From: an uncultured Candidatus Saccharibacteria bacterium
Lineage (GTDB): Bacteria; Patescibacteriota; UBA1384; 2-12-FULL-50-11; DASWYB01
Assembly: GCA_964372935.1 (NCBI GenBank)
Contig: CAYJRF010000005.1
Coordinates: 1 to 54,443 of the forward strand
Direction of reading: 5' to 3'
Length of the DNA stretch: 54,443 nt
Below are positions 9,264 through 18,803 of this stretch, piece after piece. A model generated the notes under the pieces. It was not told the DNA's origin. It worked only from the letters and a program-made list of their open reading frames with translations, and searched no databases. The number at the start of each line of letters is the position of its first letter. Positions within the stretch are counted from its first letter, which is position 1. Made by a program: the position numbers and the translations under genes.

Positions 9264-9445
9264 GCCAGTAACAATAAGACAACTGAACCAAGAATAATCG
9301 TGCTCGAAACGGCGATATAGAGCCAAGACACCGTGGCGCTTTTGTCGCCCGGGAATCGATATCTTTTAAGATGAAACAAGATTGCGTAACTCACTAGTCC
9401 GAAAGCGAAGAGGTAGAGAGCGTAGATGGCGAAGAGAACGGTCAT
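9260..9445 (-). CDS. Small 2-TM membrane protein coupled to the PH-domain gene
   Basis: 61 aa with two hydrophobic helices. Its stop overlaps the next start (ATGA at 9260-9263). Confidence 0.4.
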   Translation of the reverse strand: MTVLFAIYALYLFAFGLVSYAILFHLKRYRFPGDKSATVSWLYIAVSSTIILGSVVLLLLA

Positions 9446-9527
9446 GGTCGTACTGTATCACGACTGGACATTCCCAACCAAGTTATCGGTATGAGAACGA
9501 TGACCCGAGGCTGAAGGGCGATGGCGA

Positions 9528-10523
9528 TCAGACCAAGGTGGGTTGATGGCCAAGATGGGCCGCGGCGGCTGGAGTGGCGCGACGACCCCTTGGAGTGCGG
9601 TCGAGGAATCCTATTTGAAGGAGATACGGTTCGTACATATCCTCGAGGGTATCGCGTTCAATCGCCGTGGCGGCGGCGATAGCTTCCACGCCAACCGGCC
9701 CGCCGGCGTATTGCTCGAGAATGGTTTTGAGAATCCGCTGGTCAATCGGATCAAGTCCGTGGGAGTCGATCCCCAGCTCTCTGAGAGTTGCCTCGACATC
9801 GTCGCGGCGCACAACGCCGTCGCCATGAACGGTCGCATAATCTCGAACGCGCTTAATCAAACGATTGGCGACGCGCGGAGTTCGCCGCGCTCGGTCGGCT
9901 AACAGCGCCGCGGCCTGTGGTTCAATCGAAACGTTAAGCAGTTTGGCTGATCGGGCAACGATTTGAGCCAGGTCTTTGGGAGTGTAGTACTCTAAATGAA
10001 AGTGCAGTCCAAAGCGGTCGCGGAGCGGCGCCGACAGTCCACCGGGTTTGGTGGTGGCGCCAATCAAAGTAAACCGAGCCAATTGCAAACGCATTGTCCG
10101 GGCCGCCGGGCCTTTGCCGAGAACTAAGTCCAGGGCGTAGTCTTCCAAGGCGGGATAAAGCATTTCTTCGATAGTATGATTCAAACGATGAATCTCATCG
10201 ATGAACAGCACCTCACCTGTCTGGAGATTAGCAAGTATTGAGGCGAGATCGCCACTCCGTTCGAGGGCTGGTCCGGAAGTAACGCGTAGAGGTACGTTAA
10301 GTTCTTTGGCGACAATTCCCGCTAGGGTGGTTTTGCCCAAACCGGGCGGGCCGGAAAAAAGAATATGATCGGCCGGTTCTTGGCGCATTAAGGCCGCTTT
10401 AAGGGTTACGGCCAAGTTGCGTTTGAGGGATTCTTGCCCGATATATTCGCTTAGATCCCGAGGCCGCAAGGCGTTGTCAAACGAATTATCGTTTGAGGGA
10501 ACAATTTCGGCGACAGTATCCAT
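9528..10523 (-). CDS. ruvB: Holliday junction branch-migration helicase RuvB
   Basis: LRPRDLSEYIGQ, Walker A GPPGLGKTT, Walker B LFIDEIHRL, and a full-length RuvB pattern. Confidence 0.97.
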   Translation of the reverse strand: MDTVAEIVPSNDNSFDNALRPRDLSEYIGQESLKRNLAVTLKAALMRQEPADHILFSGPPGLGKTTLAGIVAKELNVPLRVTSGPALERSGDLASILANLQTGEVLFIDEIHRLNHTIEEMLYPALEDYALDLVLGKGPAARTMRLQLARFTLIGATTKPGGLSAPLRDRFGLHFHLEYYTPKDLAQIVARSAKLLNVSIEPQAAALLADRARRTPRVANRLIKRVRDYATVHGDGVVRRDDVEATLRELGIDSHGLDPIDQRILKTILEQYAGGPVGVEAIAAATAIERDTLEDMYEPYLLQIGFLDRTPRGRRATPAAAAHLGHQPTLV

Positions 10524-10615
10524 GCTCGTAGCATAGGGAATAGTAGGTTCTTAATCAAGTTGGGCGCGTGGCGACGAGGTGAGTCGCGCGGCCAAAGTAC
10601 GGCGGCGATCAATTA

Positions 10616-11779
10616 TTACGGGACGATAAATCGCGCTCGGCCGTAGTCGGCATAACTGACGTTGCGCCGTTCACTGTAGCCGAATGGCGGATTCCAATTG
10701 TATTCCGAAACATTAATCGTGCCGTCGTCGTTGACACCCTCGACGATCGCCGCGTGGCCATACGGCATTGCCGGTGCCCGATCCCACGACACAATCGCTC
10801 CGGACTGGGGTTTATCCACCACTTGATAGCCTTGGTCACGGGCTAAGGCCGGCCAATTCCACGCGCTTCCCTTGCCCGGGCGGGTATTTTCAAATGAGCG
10901 GCCGTAAACCACATTCCACTTCCAAGCGACATAGGACGTGCATTGACGGGTAAGAAAAAGCCAGGAATCAGCGCTATTAATCGCGGAGTAAGGGTAGCCG
11001 GAGGATCCGGTTAAATAAATTTCTTGATTTTGCTGGGCTAACTTTTGACGGAGGGCGTAGATCTCTTTCGAAATATCGTCGCGCTCCGAGGAAAGTTTTT
11101 TGACTAATTCCCGATACTTCGCTTCGTCGGCCTTTGATTGTTGAAGGAGACCGCTCTGGCGATGCTGTTTTGTCTGGAGGCTGGCGTTGCGGGCCTCCTG
11201 CTCGCCTTTGAGTTTAGCCAAAACGACGCGTTGAGCTTCCAAGCTGGTGCGCTTGGACTCGAGATCGGCTTTAACTCGCGACATCTCTTCGATGGTGGAA
11301 ATGATCCTCTCCTGAAGCGATTGGAGATATTCGCTGCGATCGGCGTAGCGCGAAATATCTTGCCCGTCGGACGCGACCTCGACTGACGACAGATTTGTCA
11401 GCTCATAGAGCGATGCCAGGGAGTCGTTAAGATCTTGATGAACACGGTTTAATTCGGCTGATTTGGTGGCAATGTCTTGATTTGTTGCCTTGATGGACGT
11501 CTCCTTGTCGTTGATTCGTCCCTCGTAATCGCGGATGCTATTTTTAACCGAGGCAATCTGATTTTCCAGGCCGGTAATTTCTTGGGTGTACGAGGCCGAA
11601 GTGTTGGCGGCCTTTTTTTGGAGATCATAATAGCGGTTCAACGAGTCTTCGGCTTGGCTTAATTGATCCTGGAGATCGCGCAGCGAGGCGGCCGAGACAG
11701 TCATTGGCACAACCAAAACTAGTGTCGCCGCGACAATCGCCGTTAGATCGCGAAGGGATAGGTGTCGTTTGCCTCCCAG
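10616..11779 (-). CDS. PcsB-like peptidoglycan hydrolase: coiled-coil N-domain plus C-terminal CHAP domain
   Basis: CHAP Cys (QCTSYVAWKW) and His (GHAAIVEGV). The long coiled coil resembles PcsB. The 5' end is extended to an in-frame CTG at 11779, which restores a complete signal peptide (see finding). The track start is TTG at 11716. Confidence 0.8.
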   Translation of the reverse strand: MGGKRHLSLRDLTAIVAATLVLVVPMTVSAASLRDLQDQLSQAEDSLNRYYDLQKKAANTSASYTQEITGLENQIASVKNSIRDYEGRINDKETSIKATNQDIATKSAELNRVHQDLNDSLASLYELTNLSSVEVASDGQDISRYADRSEYLQSLQERIISTIEEMSRVKADLESKRTSLEAQRVVLAKLKGEQEARNASLQTKQHRQSGLLQQSKADEAKYRELVKKLSSERDDISKEIYALRQKLAQQNQEIYLTGSSGYPYSAINSADSWLFLTRQCTSYVAWKWNVVYGRSFENTRPGKGSAWNWPALARDQGYQVVDKPQSGAIVSWDRAPAMPYGHAAIVEGVNDDGTINVSEYNWNPPFGYSERRNVSYADYGRARFIVP

Positions 11780-11861
11780 ACTGCCTCCTTTGTCACTAGA
11801 CTATCGTAATTGGCTGGCCTGTCAAATTCCAAAGGGCTTCTAACCGGTGTGAGGGGCGTGG

Positions 11862-12788
11862 CTAACGCTTGAGGTGATGACGAACCGAAAACCAGCTACA
11901 GATGACAGCCAGAGCAATGGCGAACAAAATTAGACTACCGCCAACTTGCGAAATATTAGCTTGGAACACAGTCATTAACTCTCGAGCGATCAGGGTATCT
12001 GGCGTCGCGATCACCGTGCTGCTTTCCGGGAGCCCGTTGCGGATGTAAAGATAAAGAGCGGGAAGTGTCAGCAGGCCAGCCAGGAGGCCGTAAAGGGCGC
12101 CTTCGACAATAAAAGGGCCTCGAATAAACGAATCGGTCGCGCCGACCAGTTTCATGACGGTGATTTCATCTTGGCGAAAATGGATGATGATACGAATGGT
12201 GTTATAAACAAATATGATGGCGATGATGATGAAAATCGCGCTGACTATCAGGCCGTCTCGGATGGCCTTTTGAGAGCGGGTAATTAAACTCTGAATAATC
12301 GGCCGACTGTCGCCGTAGGATAGCTTGCGGACATTACCGCCAGTGGCAAAATCGGTGGCCTGAATCTTCGTATGAACGGCGTCGAATTGGGTTGGGTCGT
12401 GGAGCTTTATTTTTACCGTTCGGGGCAGGGGGTTATTTTCGGGGTTGATTTGGTTTTTAATCCTGTCGTCCACGGGCAATGTGTTCCACGCCGCAATTAC
12501 CTGGTCTTTATTCAAATAAACCACATCTTTTACCTCCGGTAACTGACGGAGGTCGGCAACGAATTTTGCCACCTGATCTTCGCTCGGTGTGTCGTTGATA
12601 TAGACTGCCATGTCGAGCTTGTTTTGAATTGAACGGGTAGCTAGCCGAGTGACGTAGGCCTCCAGAGTGAAAGTGCTGACGATAAAGAGAGTCATCGCCA
12701 GGACGAATGTGGCGGCGATCGATAACCAGCCGTTTCGGACATAGTTAAGGACGCCAAACCGCAAAACGCGCTCAAGAGTGTGAGTCAT
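11862..12788 (-). CDS. ftsX: Cell-division ABC transporter permease-like protein FtsX
   Basis: 4-TM FtsX topology with a large first extracellular loop. The ATG at 12788 forms an ATGA overlap with the ftsE stop. Confidence 0.9.
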   Translation of the reverse strand: MTHTLERVLRFGVLNYVRNGWLSIAATFVLAMTLFIVSTFTLEAYVTRLATRSIQNKLDMAVYINDTPSEDQVAKFVADLRQLPEVKDVVYLNKDQVIAAWNTLPVDDRIKNQINPENNPLPRTVKIKLHDPTQFDAVHTKIQATDFATGGNVRKLSYGDSRPIIQSLITRSQKAIRDGLIVSAIFIIIAIIFVYNTIRIIIHFRQDEITVMKLVGATDSFIRGPFIVEGALYGLLAGLLTLPALYLYIRNGLPESSTVIATPDTLIARELMTVFQANISQVGGSLILFAIALAVICSWFSVRHHLKR

Positions 12789-13480
12789 GGTGTCGTTTTT
12801 TCCCGAGTGGCGTAGCCAGCTTGGGCCTCGTCGCGCACAACCCGACCAGCCTTTAGTTCGATGACTCGACGCTGCAAGCGATCGACGACACTTTTGTTGT
12901 GGGTGGCTAAAAGTATCGTCGTACCCAATTGGTTGATGCGATACAGCAAGTCGACTATTTCCCAAGTGTTGGTGGGGTCAAGATTGCCAGTCGGTTCGTC
13001 GGCAATAAGAATCCGCGGCGAATGAATTAGGGCGCGGGCAATGGCTACTCGCTGTTGCTCGCCGCCGGAAAGTTCGTGAGGATAGCTGTTGGCTAGGCCA
13101 TCAAGGTTGACCAGCTCAAGAATTTTCGGAACACGGCGCTTGATATCGGCGCCGAGAACACCGCAGACTTCCAAAGCGTAGGCAATATTTTCCGCCACCA
13201 TTTTTTGAGGTAAGAGCCGAAAATCCTGGAAGATAATGCCAATTTTGCGGCGGTAATGGGGTAATTCGCCCCGCGACAGTTCGGAGATGTCGCGGCCGGC
13301 AACGTAAATCCGTCCTCGAGTTGGCGTTTCTTCTCGGGTGAGAAGCTTGATGAGCGTTGACTTTCCTTCGCCGGATTGTCCCACGAGCGAGACAAATTCG
13401 CCGCTCTGGATGGAGAGCGTAACATCTTCCAGCACTTGGGTCTGGCCGTAGATTTTCGCGACGTTCTGGATTTCAATCAT
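12785..13480 (-). CDS. ftsE: Cell-division ATP-binding protein FtsE
   Basis: Walker A GQSGEGKST, signature LSGGEQQR, Walker B ILIADEPT. Confidence 0.95.
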   Translation of the reverse strand: MIEIQNVAKIYGQTQVLEDVTLSIQSGEFVSLVGQSGEGKSTLIKLLTREETPTRGRIYVAGRDISELSRGELPHYRRKIGIIFQDFRLLPQKMVAENIAYALEVCGVLGADIKRRVPKILELVNLDGLANSYPHELSGGEQQRVAIARALIHSPRILIADEPTGNLDPTNTWEIVDLLYRINQLGTTILLATHNKSVVDRLQRRVIELKAGRVVRDEAQAGYATREKTTP

Positions 13481-13585
13481 AAATCGTTATCACCTTACCA
13501 TAATTGAATTGTTTCGACAGCCGCGCCGCCAGACGCCAAGGCAGAGCAGTCGTTCGTCTCTTTTTATGGCCGCGAAAGACTGTTG

Positions 13586-14176
13586 TCAGTCGTCCGCGGC
13601 GATGTTTTGATACCACGCGTGATCCAACGCCAATCCGCGCCAGTGCAGAGCGTAAATTGACCCAAAATCCGGATACACCGCCGGTTCAAGAAACGGGGAT
13701 TCAAACAAAAGGGCGTTGATGACCAGGGCAATCGGGTGGCCATGGCAGACGGCCACTATTTCCGAGCCTAAATGTTGGATGATTTTTTCCTCTAAAAAGT
13801 GGCGCAGCCGCAAAACGACATCGGCACCCGATTCGGACTCGGCCGTAGAGACAAGCGGCAATTGAAAGCCGATGGTTCGAGATTTTCCCTCGAATTGTTT
13901 CGGTGTCCGTAGTTCCAAGAGACGATCATCCAAGGTAACCGGCGCGTGAGGAAAGGCTAGACCAATCAAAGTGGCGGTTTGTTGGGTTCGGTCAAGTGGG
14001 CTGGTGTAAATGTGGCTGATTTTTCGATGAACCAAACTAAGCGTCGTTTCCTCGACTTCTCGCCGGCCTGCGGCGCTCAAGTGGAACCCGGGTAAGCGAC
14101 CGTAAAGAACGTTGCGCGGGTTATCGACCGCCCCATGGCGGATCAGGTGGACTCGGGTGGAGACGGGAGCGTTCAT
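13586..14176 (-). CDS. Histidine phosphatase (phosphoglycerate mutase-like) family protein
   Basis: N-terminal VHLIRHG catalytic motif and a later CHGHP motif. Confidence 0.8.
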   Translation of the reverse strand: MNAPVSTRVHLIRHGAVDNPRNVLYGRLPGFHLSAAGRREVEETTLSLVHRKISHIYTSPLDRTQQTATLIGLAFPHAPVTLDDRLLELRTPKQFEGKSRTIGFQLPLVSTAESESGADVVLRLRHFLEEKIIQHLGSEIVAVCHGHPIALVINALLFESPFLEPAVYPDFGSIYALHWRGLALDHAWYQNIAADD

Positions 14177-14547
14177 GGACGGGAACGCTGGGGTTGAAGG
14201 CGGACTTTTACCTTTAGTTTTCGCGTCGTGCCGTCAATGCCGACGATTTCGTCGCTGGCGTTCTCTTGGCGCCATTGGAGGAGCTCGTGGTCAAGAATGT
14301 CGTTGAGGTCGGCAATCTCCTCTTTTATTTCCCGTATCTTCGCTTGGTTTTTTTGGTAGGCGGGCAAACTCCAAATATCACTCCGTATTTTTTTCTTTTG
14401 GATCGTCAGCTCGCGCAGTTGGAGATCAACCTCCTGGTATTTGGCGTCTTCTTTCAATGCGTCGTCGAGGGTAGTTTTGATTAACCGGAGTTCATTGGAG
14501 GCCTTATCCAATTGCTCAATTCGTCGCTGAATTATTTCCAGATCCAT
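14173..14547 (-). CDS. Coiled-coil protein, unknown function
   Basis: 124 aa, heptad-rich, with 4-nt overlap onto the phosphatase gene. No family recognised. Confidence 0.5.
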   Translation of the reverse strand: MDLEIIQRRIEQLDKASNELRLIKTTLDDALKEDAKYQEVDLQLRELTIQKKKIRSDIWSLPAYQKNQAKIREIKEEIADLNDILDHELLQWRQENASDEIVGIDGTTRKLKVKVRLQPQRSRP

Positions 14548-14574
14548 CGGGACTCCTTTCTATTTCGCTGATGA

Positions 14575-15489
14575 TTAGACTTCGCCCACGATACCAATTT
14601 CCGGCTCCAAGGTAAAACCGAATTGGGCTTTGACGGTCGCTTGGACTAATTCTATCAGAGAAAGAACGTCTTTTGCCGTGGCTCCGCCAAGATTAACAAT
14701 ATAATTGGCATGGAGAGGAGAAACCATGGCATTGCCCACCCGCTTGCCTTTTAAGCCAGCGCGGTCAATAAGGCGTCCGGCCCCAACGCCGTCAATTTTT
14801 TTGAAGACCGACCCACACGACGGATAATCTCGCAACTGGGGCTGTTTTTGAGTCCGCCACGCCAAGTTGGCTTCGGCTTGCTGACGCATTTTTTCGGGCG
14901 ATCGAGGCGTCAGTTGAAACGTCGCGTCAAGGACAACGATCTGGCGGTGATGGAGAATCGAATCGTCATAACCGAACGCAAAAAATTCTTTGTCAACGGT
15001 TCGGACCGAGTTATCCTCGGTTAACACACGAGCGAGACGAACTATCTCGGCCACGAACAGTGTGCTCTGCCGGTCCGGGGCGAGAAAATGGAGGTTTTGA
15101 CGCACCGCTCCACCGACAGACGAAGGAATCCCCACAAAATGTTCCAAACCGGAGAGGCCACGCTTCATACTCGCGGCGATCAAGGCTTCAATCGTCGCCC
15201 CGCTGTCGGCAACAAGGCGGTTGTCGGGCAAAAACCGATAGCCATCGGCACGGTTATGAATTACCAGTCCCCGGATTCCTTTGTCGCGAATCAAAATGTT
15301 CGCTCCGCAACCGAGAACAAAGTAGGGCAGACTGGCGTTTCGAGCGGCGATGACGATGGCGGCCAAGTCGTCGCCCGAATTCACCTCAACAAAATATTGG
15401 GCCGGGCCGCCAATCCGATACGTCGTGAAGGGCGCTAGGATAACTTCGTGGCGCAGCGAAGGCAGTTTGAGCATCGGTTCATTTAGCAT
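14575..15489 (-). CDS. murB: UDP-N-acetylenolpyruvoylglucosamine reductase MurB
   Basis: APFTTYRIGGPA, GCGANIL, GSVFKK, and a typical MurB length. Confidence 0.93.
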   Translation of the reverse strand: MLNEPMLKLPSLRHEVILAPFTTYRIGGPAQYFVEVNSGDDLAAIVIAARNASLPYFVLGCGANILIRDKGIRGLVIHNRADGYRFLPDNRLVADSGATIEALIAASMKRGLSGLEHFVGIPSSVGGAVRQNLHFLAPDRQSTLFVAEIVRLARVLTEDNSVRTVDKEFFAFGYDDSILHHRQIVVLDATFQLTPRSPEKMRQQAEANLAWRTQKQPQLRDYPSCGSVFKKIDGVGAGRLIDRAGLKGKRVGNAMVSPLHANYIVNLGGATAKDVLSLIELVQATVKAQFGFTLEPEIGIVGEV

Positions 15490-15522
15490 AGCACTCGCGA
15501 CGGGAATTATGGATCCACAACT

Positions 15523-15548
15523 AAAACACCTCCGTTCGGAGGCGTTTT
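15523..15548. terminator. A4/T4-flanked hairpin between pilA and murB (bidirectional-type terminator)
   Basis: aaaacacctcc/gttc/ggaggcgtttt lies 20 nt after the pilin stop on the minus strand. Confidence 0.5.
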
Positions 15549-15567
15549 AGCTGACACTAACGCGCGA

Positions 15568-16017
15568 CTATTGCGAGATCGTGATAACTTTACCAAGCTC
15601 GGCTGACGGAGCGTTGCCTTTAACACGGTTACCGCCCCCGGTGGTGTCGATGCAGATGGTGTAATCGCCACTCGTTGGCTGGGGATCCGCGGGAATGCTC
15701 GAGAGATAGGTCGGCACCATCAGTTGCGTCAGGGTTGACGCGCCACCACTGCCAAACGTTGAACCACTAATTACTTCTGGGGTTGCAGTGCAAACGTCGA
15801 CACCCAGACCAGTGATAGAGCCGTTATTATCGGCGGCGTACTGATTGGCCGCGCTCACCACGGCGCGGACGTCGCTATTGCGCTGGGTGTTACGGGCTTG
15901 GGAGAACTGACGAGCGGGGTTAACCGCCACGATAACGATTGCCGCCAAAATGGCGATGATTCCGATGACAACGATAAGTTCAATTAAGGTAAAACCTTGA
16001 TAAGTCTGTTGTTTCAT
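15568..16017 (-). CDS. pilA: Major type IV pilin (PilA-like)
   Basis: Class III signal peptide MKQQTYQG|FTLIELIVVIGIIAILAAIV with Glu at +5. SD AAGGAGAGG upstream. Confidence 0.85.
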   Translation of the reverse strand: MKQQTYQGFTLIELIVVIGIIAILAAIVIVAVNPARQFSQARNTQRNSDVRAVVSAANQYAADNNGSITGLGVDVCTATPEVISGSTFGSGGASTLTQLMVPTYLSSIPADPQPTSGDYTICIDTTGGGNRVKGNAPSAELGKVITISQ

Positions 16018-16091
16018 AGCCTCTCCTTTCTTTCTGTGGACAGCGCTCGCTCGACCTCATATCTGCAGAGCGCGAAACTACCAGTAACCCT

Positions 16092-16119
16092 ACTATAACG
16101 CAATTGGAAGACATTACAA
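16092..16119 (-). promoter_or_regulatory. Sigma70-like promoter for the major pilin gene
   Basis: On the minus strand, TTGTAA, a 16-nt spacer, then TATAGT, about 75 nt upstream of the pilA ATG. Confidence 0.35.
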
Positions 16120-16159
16120 GACCGCGTCAAGAGGGTAAGTCGATTGTCCGAAACGTGGT

Positions 16160-18403
16160 TTACCTCTGGCTGAAAGCGGGCGATTTGTCGATAGCGGCGC
16201 CAAAATCCGACTCGGCAGAAAATGCTCCGCTGGTAATCTCGGCGGTCTGAAGCAACGGTTTAGCTTGAATGGTTACGACCTGCTTTCCCAGATCAATAAT
16301 ACCGCGCGCGCCAACAACCGCCAACTCGGCGGTATAATCGCCTTGGCGGAGAGGCACTATCGCCACCCCTTGGGTATTGGTAATTTTCCGTTGGACTATC
16401 AGGCCGTAGTGATTGCGAATCGAGATCAAGACATAGCCAATCGGTTGGTGATTGGCGCTGCGAACCGTGATCATCAAATTGACCTCGCGCCGGCGACGAA
16501 TTTCTTCTATCAGGCCAAATATAAAGTAGCCGCTGATCAGTCCATGCATCGGGCTGGGGGCGGTCAGAAACGCCAGTGCGGCGCCCACCCCGGCAGCCAC
16601 CAGAAATATCCGTCGCAGGCTGGCCAGGTGGAACAAGAATGACTCCAACTGCTGTAATTTAAGGTGGCTAAGTTCGAGCGGATCCATCGCTAAATTAAGC
16701 TGGCTGACGTTTTTGGCGCTTTCAAAAGTAACATTCTCGCCTCGATATGCGTTGGGCATGATATGCGAGGGAAAACTAAAAGCGCCATGCCCGGCTGTCA
16801 GGAAGAACGACCCCGCGCCAACCGGAAAAGTGTAAAAGCCGTTTTCGTCCGTTGACGTGCGGGCGATTTCTCGTTTTGACGCGGCATCGGAGAGAATCAC
16901 CGTCGCGCGGCGGATCGGACGGTTCGTGGTGGCGGCGATCACCTTACCCCAAGCTCGGCCAATTTTCTGGTGATGGGTTAAGCCGAAAAACCAGTGGCGA
17001 CTGTTGCGCAAAGCCATGACTATTCGGAAACCGCGCTGAACAGCTCCTTCGCCCAGCGATATGGCAAATAGCCCAAGGAGGAAAAACAGAAGGTTGTCAA
17101 CCGGCGAGACAGTATAATTATTGGTCAGCCAACGTTTGATCATGATGACCGCGGCGGTGAAGTTGCCCTGCGGGGTTGCTGGCGAGTCGAGTTTTTGACT
17201 GAGCAAGTCCTTATAAAATGCTCTCGTGGCCGCGTCGCCCTGATTGCGGGCTGTGCCGGCGTATGCGGCCGTAAGGGTGGTAAAACGGTGTTCGCACTCT
17301 TTGATCGCGTCGCCGGCGAGAGTAAAATAATATGTCGTATCTGGGGTTAGCTCGGAAAGTTTGTAACGGTGATTGGCGGTGTTTTGGGATTCGGTCAGGG
17401 TAATTTTGGCGTCGGCGTAGTTGTTGGCGATCCCGTCGCGTCCGGCACGGGCGGCGTCGTAAAGGTAAATTCCTAGGCGCGTGGGGATGACGGAATTGAC
17501 AGTAACGACAGCTTGAGTGTCCGAGCGTATAACCGCCAAATTACGGAGCTTTCCTTGACACGGTTTAATGTCGTCGCGCTTGGCGTAGTCAAGGCCTTCG
17601 GTATTGTCAAAACCAGTGCCGGATAAGGCGGGTGGGTTGGTGGCGGCGTTATTGTCTGGCGCTACCGTTGTGGGGGCAGTCTTGTTGGCCACGTTGGTCG
17701 TGGTCGGCGACGTTGCCACAGGGGTTATAGTTTGACTGGCGACTGGTCGGGGGGTGGGCAAGCTATAGCGGATAGTTAATTTGGGCGGCGCCGGCCCGTC
17801 GCCTGACGACACGTGGGCGTCGTCACCGGAAAATAGTCCGGTTTTATAGTCGCCGTCGCCAAAGGCGCGGAGGGCGATGCCGTGATTAGGGTAAGTTCCA
17901 GCGACCCATCCCCGCACCGCCTCGGTAACGTCGATTGACGGCGGAAAAACGTTGTTGGCTACCTCTAAGTTGGCGATGCTTTCTTCGGAATAGCTCGGTC
18001 GCGTGTTCCAGGTGGTGGTTTTATCCCATGGCGAGGTAACGCGGCGCAGGCGAATGTCGCCGTAGCCATAAATGGCCGAACCGGAGGGGGTTAAGATTAA
18101 GGTGGCATCGCCAATGATGGCGTTGTTTGGCACTTGACTAACGTCGAACTGAATAAAACTCTCCTGGGCGTCGGCCGGGGCTGTGGCCCAGTCCATGCCG
18201 CCGTCGTAAAGCATGTCGAGCACAGGAGCGGCGTCAAACTGTTTGTCCGATTCGGTCAACTTTACCGTGGTGTCGAAGCTGGGAGTCAGGCTGACTTCAC
18301 TGGCGAATGCCAATCCGGGGGCCACGGCCAGCGCCGCCAGCCAGATCGCCAGACTCGAATAGACCACCACTCGGTGTCGCCAATGATACCTGACTAAAGT
18401 CAT
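16160..18403 (-). CDS. Large pilus-operon membrane protein: DNRLRE/CBM96-like domain, Thr/Pro linker, FN3-like domain, TM segments, two CarboxypepD_reg-like domains
   Basis: Signal peptide ...APGLAFA|SE. The TTTWNTRPSYS motif is typical of DNRLRE domains (recall). FN3-like ...YKLSELTPDTTYYFTL. CarboxypepD_reg-like ATVILSD...TDENGFYTFPVGAGSFFL and a second copy near the C-terminus. About 3 internal TM helices. Confidence 0.65.
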   Translation of the reverse strand: MTLVRYHWRHRVVVYSSLAIWLAALAVAPGLAFASEVSLTPSFDTTVKLTESDKQFDAAPVLDMLYDGGMDWATAPADAQESFIQFDVSQVPNNAIIGDATLILTPSGSAIYGYGDIRLRRVTSPWDKTTTWNTRPSYSEESIANLEVANNVFPPSIDVTEAVRGWVAGTYPNHGIALRAFGDGDYKTGLFSGDDAHVSSGDGPAPPKLTIRYSLPTPRPVASQTITPVATSPTTTNVANKTAPTTVAPDNNAATNPPALSGTGFDNTEGLDYAKRDDIKPCQGKLRNLAVIRSDTQAVVTVNSVIPTRLGIYLYDAARAGRDGIANNYADAKITLTESQNTANHRYKLSELTPDTTYYFTLAGDAIKECEHRFTTLTAAYAGTARNQGDAATRAFYKDLLSQKLDSPATPQGNFTAAVIMIKRWLTNNYTVSPVDNLLFFLLGLFAISLGEGAVQRGFRIVMALRNSRHWFFGLTHHQKIGRAWGKVIAATTNRPIRRATVILSDAASKREIARTSTDENGFYTFPVGAGSFFLTAGHGAFSFPSHIMPNAYRGENVTFESAKNVSQLNLAMDPLELSHLKLQQLESFLFHLASLRRIFLVAAGVGAALAFLTAPSPMHGLISGYFIFGLIEEIRRRREVNLMITVRSANHQPIGYVLISIRNHYGLIVQRKITNTQGVAIVPLRQGDYTAELAVVGARGIIDLGKQVVTIQAKPLLQTAEITSGAFSAESDFGAAIDKSPAFSQR

Positions 18404-18404
18404 C

Positions 18405-18803
18405 CTAAAAGCTCGCGACCTCGTTATACGACACCTGCTGGAGAGTCGCCGACTGGACGACCATCGCCAAATTTGTCCTTAGACCGTTTACCGAGGACCA
18501 AGCGTGGATCGTTTTGTTATTACCGGCGGTGGTAATGGCGTCAATAGTGCAAGCGGTTGCTTGATTGCCAATGCCAATCGTGAGGGTTTCATTCCCGAGA
18601 TAAACATTATTGAGGGAAAGGTTGAGGAGGGCCTGATCCATACAACCTTGAGCGGCAAACCGGCTTTGTTGTTTGTTGGTTTCGTCGAGAGCGCCAAGTC
18701 TGGCGGTAAACGAACTTAGAGCGATTGAGGTGCTGACGGTAATGAGAACGAAAGTCAGAATAATTACCGTGGTGATGGCCATAAAGCCGGAAGGGTGTTT
18801 CAT
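18405..18803 (-). CDS. PilX/GspK-like minor pilin lacking Glu+5
   Basis: MKHPSG|FMAITTVIILTFVLITV has a pilin-like hydrophobic N-terminus with Thr at +5. ATGA overlap with the upstream gene. Confidence 0.5.
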   Translation of the reverse strand: MKHPSGFMAITTVIILTFVLITVSTSIALSSFTARLGALDETNKQQSRFAAQGCMDQALLNLSLNNVYLGNETLTIGIGNQATACTIDAITTAGNNKTIHAWSSVNGLRTNLAMVVQSATLQQVSYNEVASF

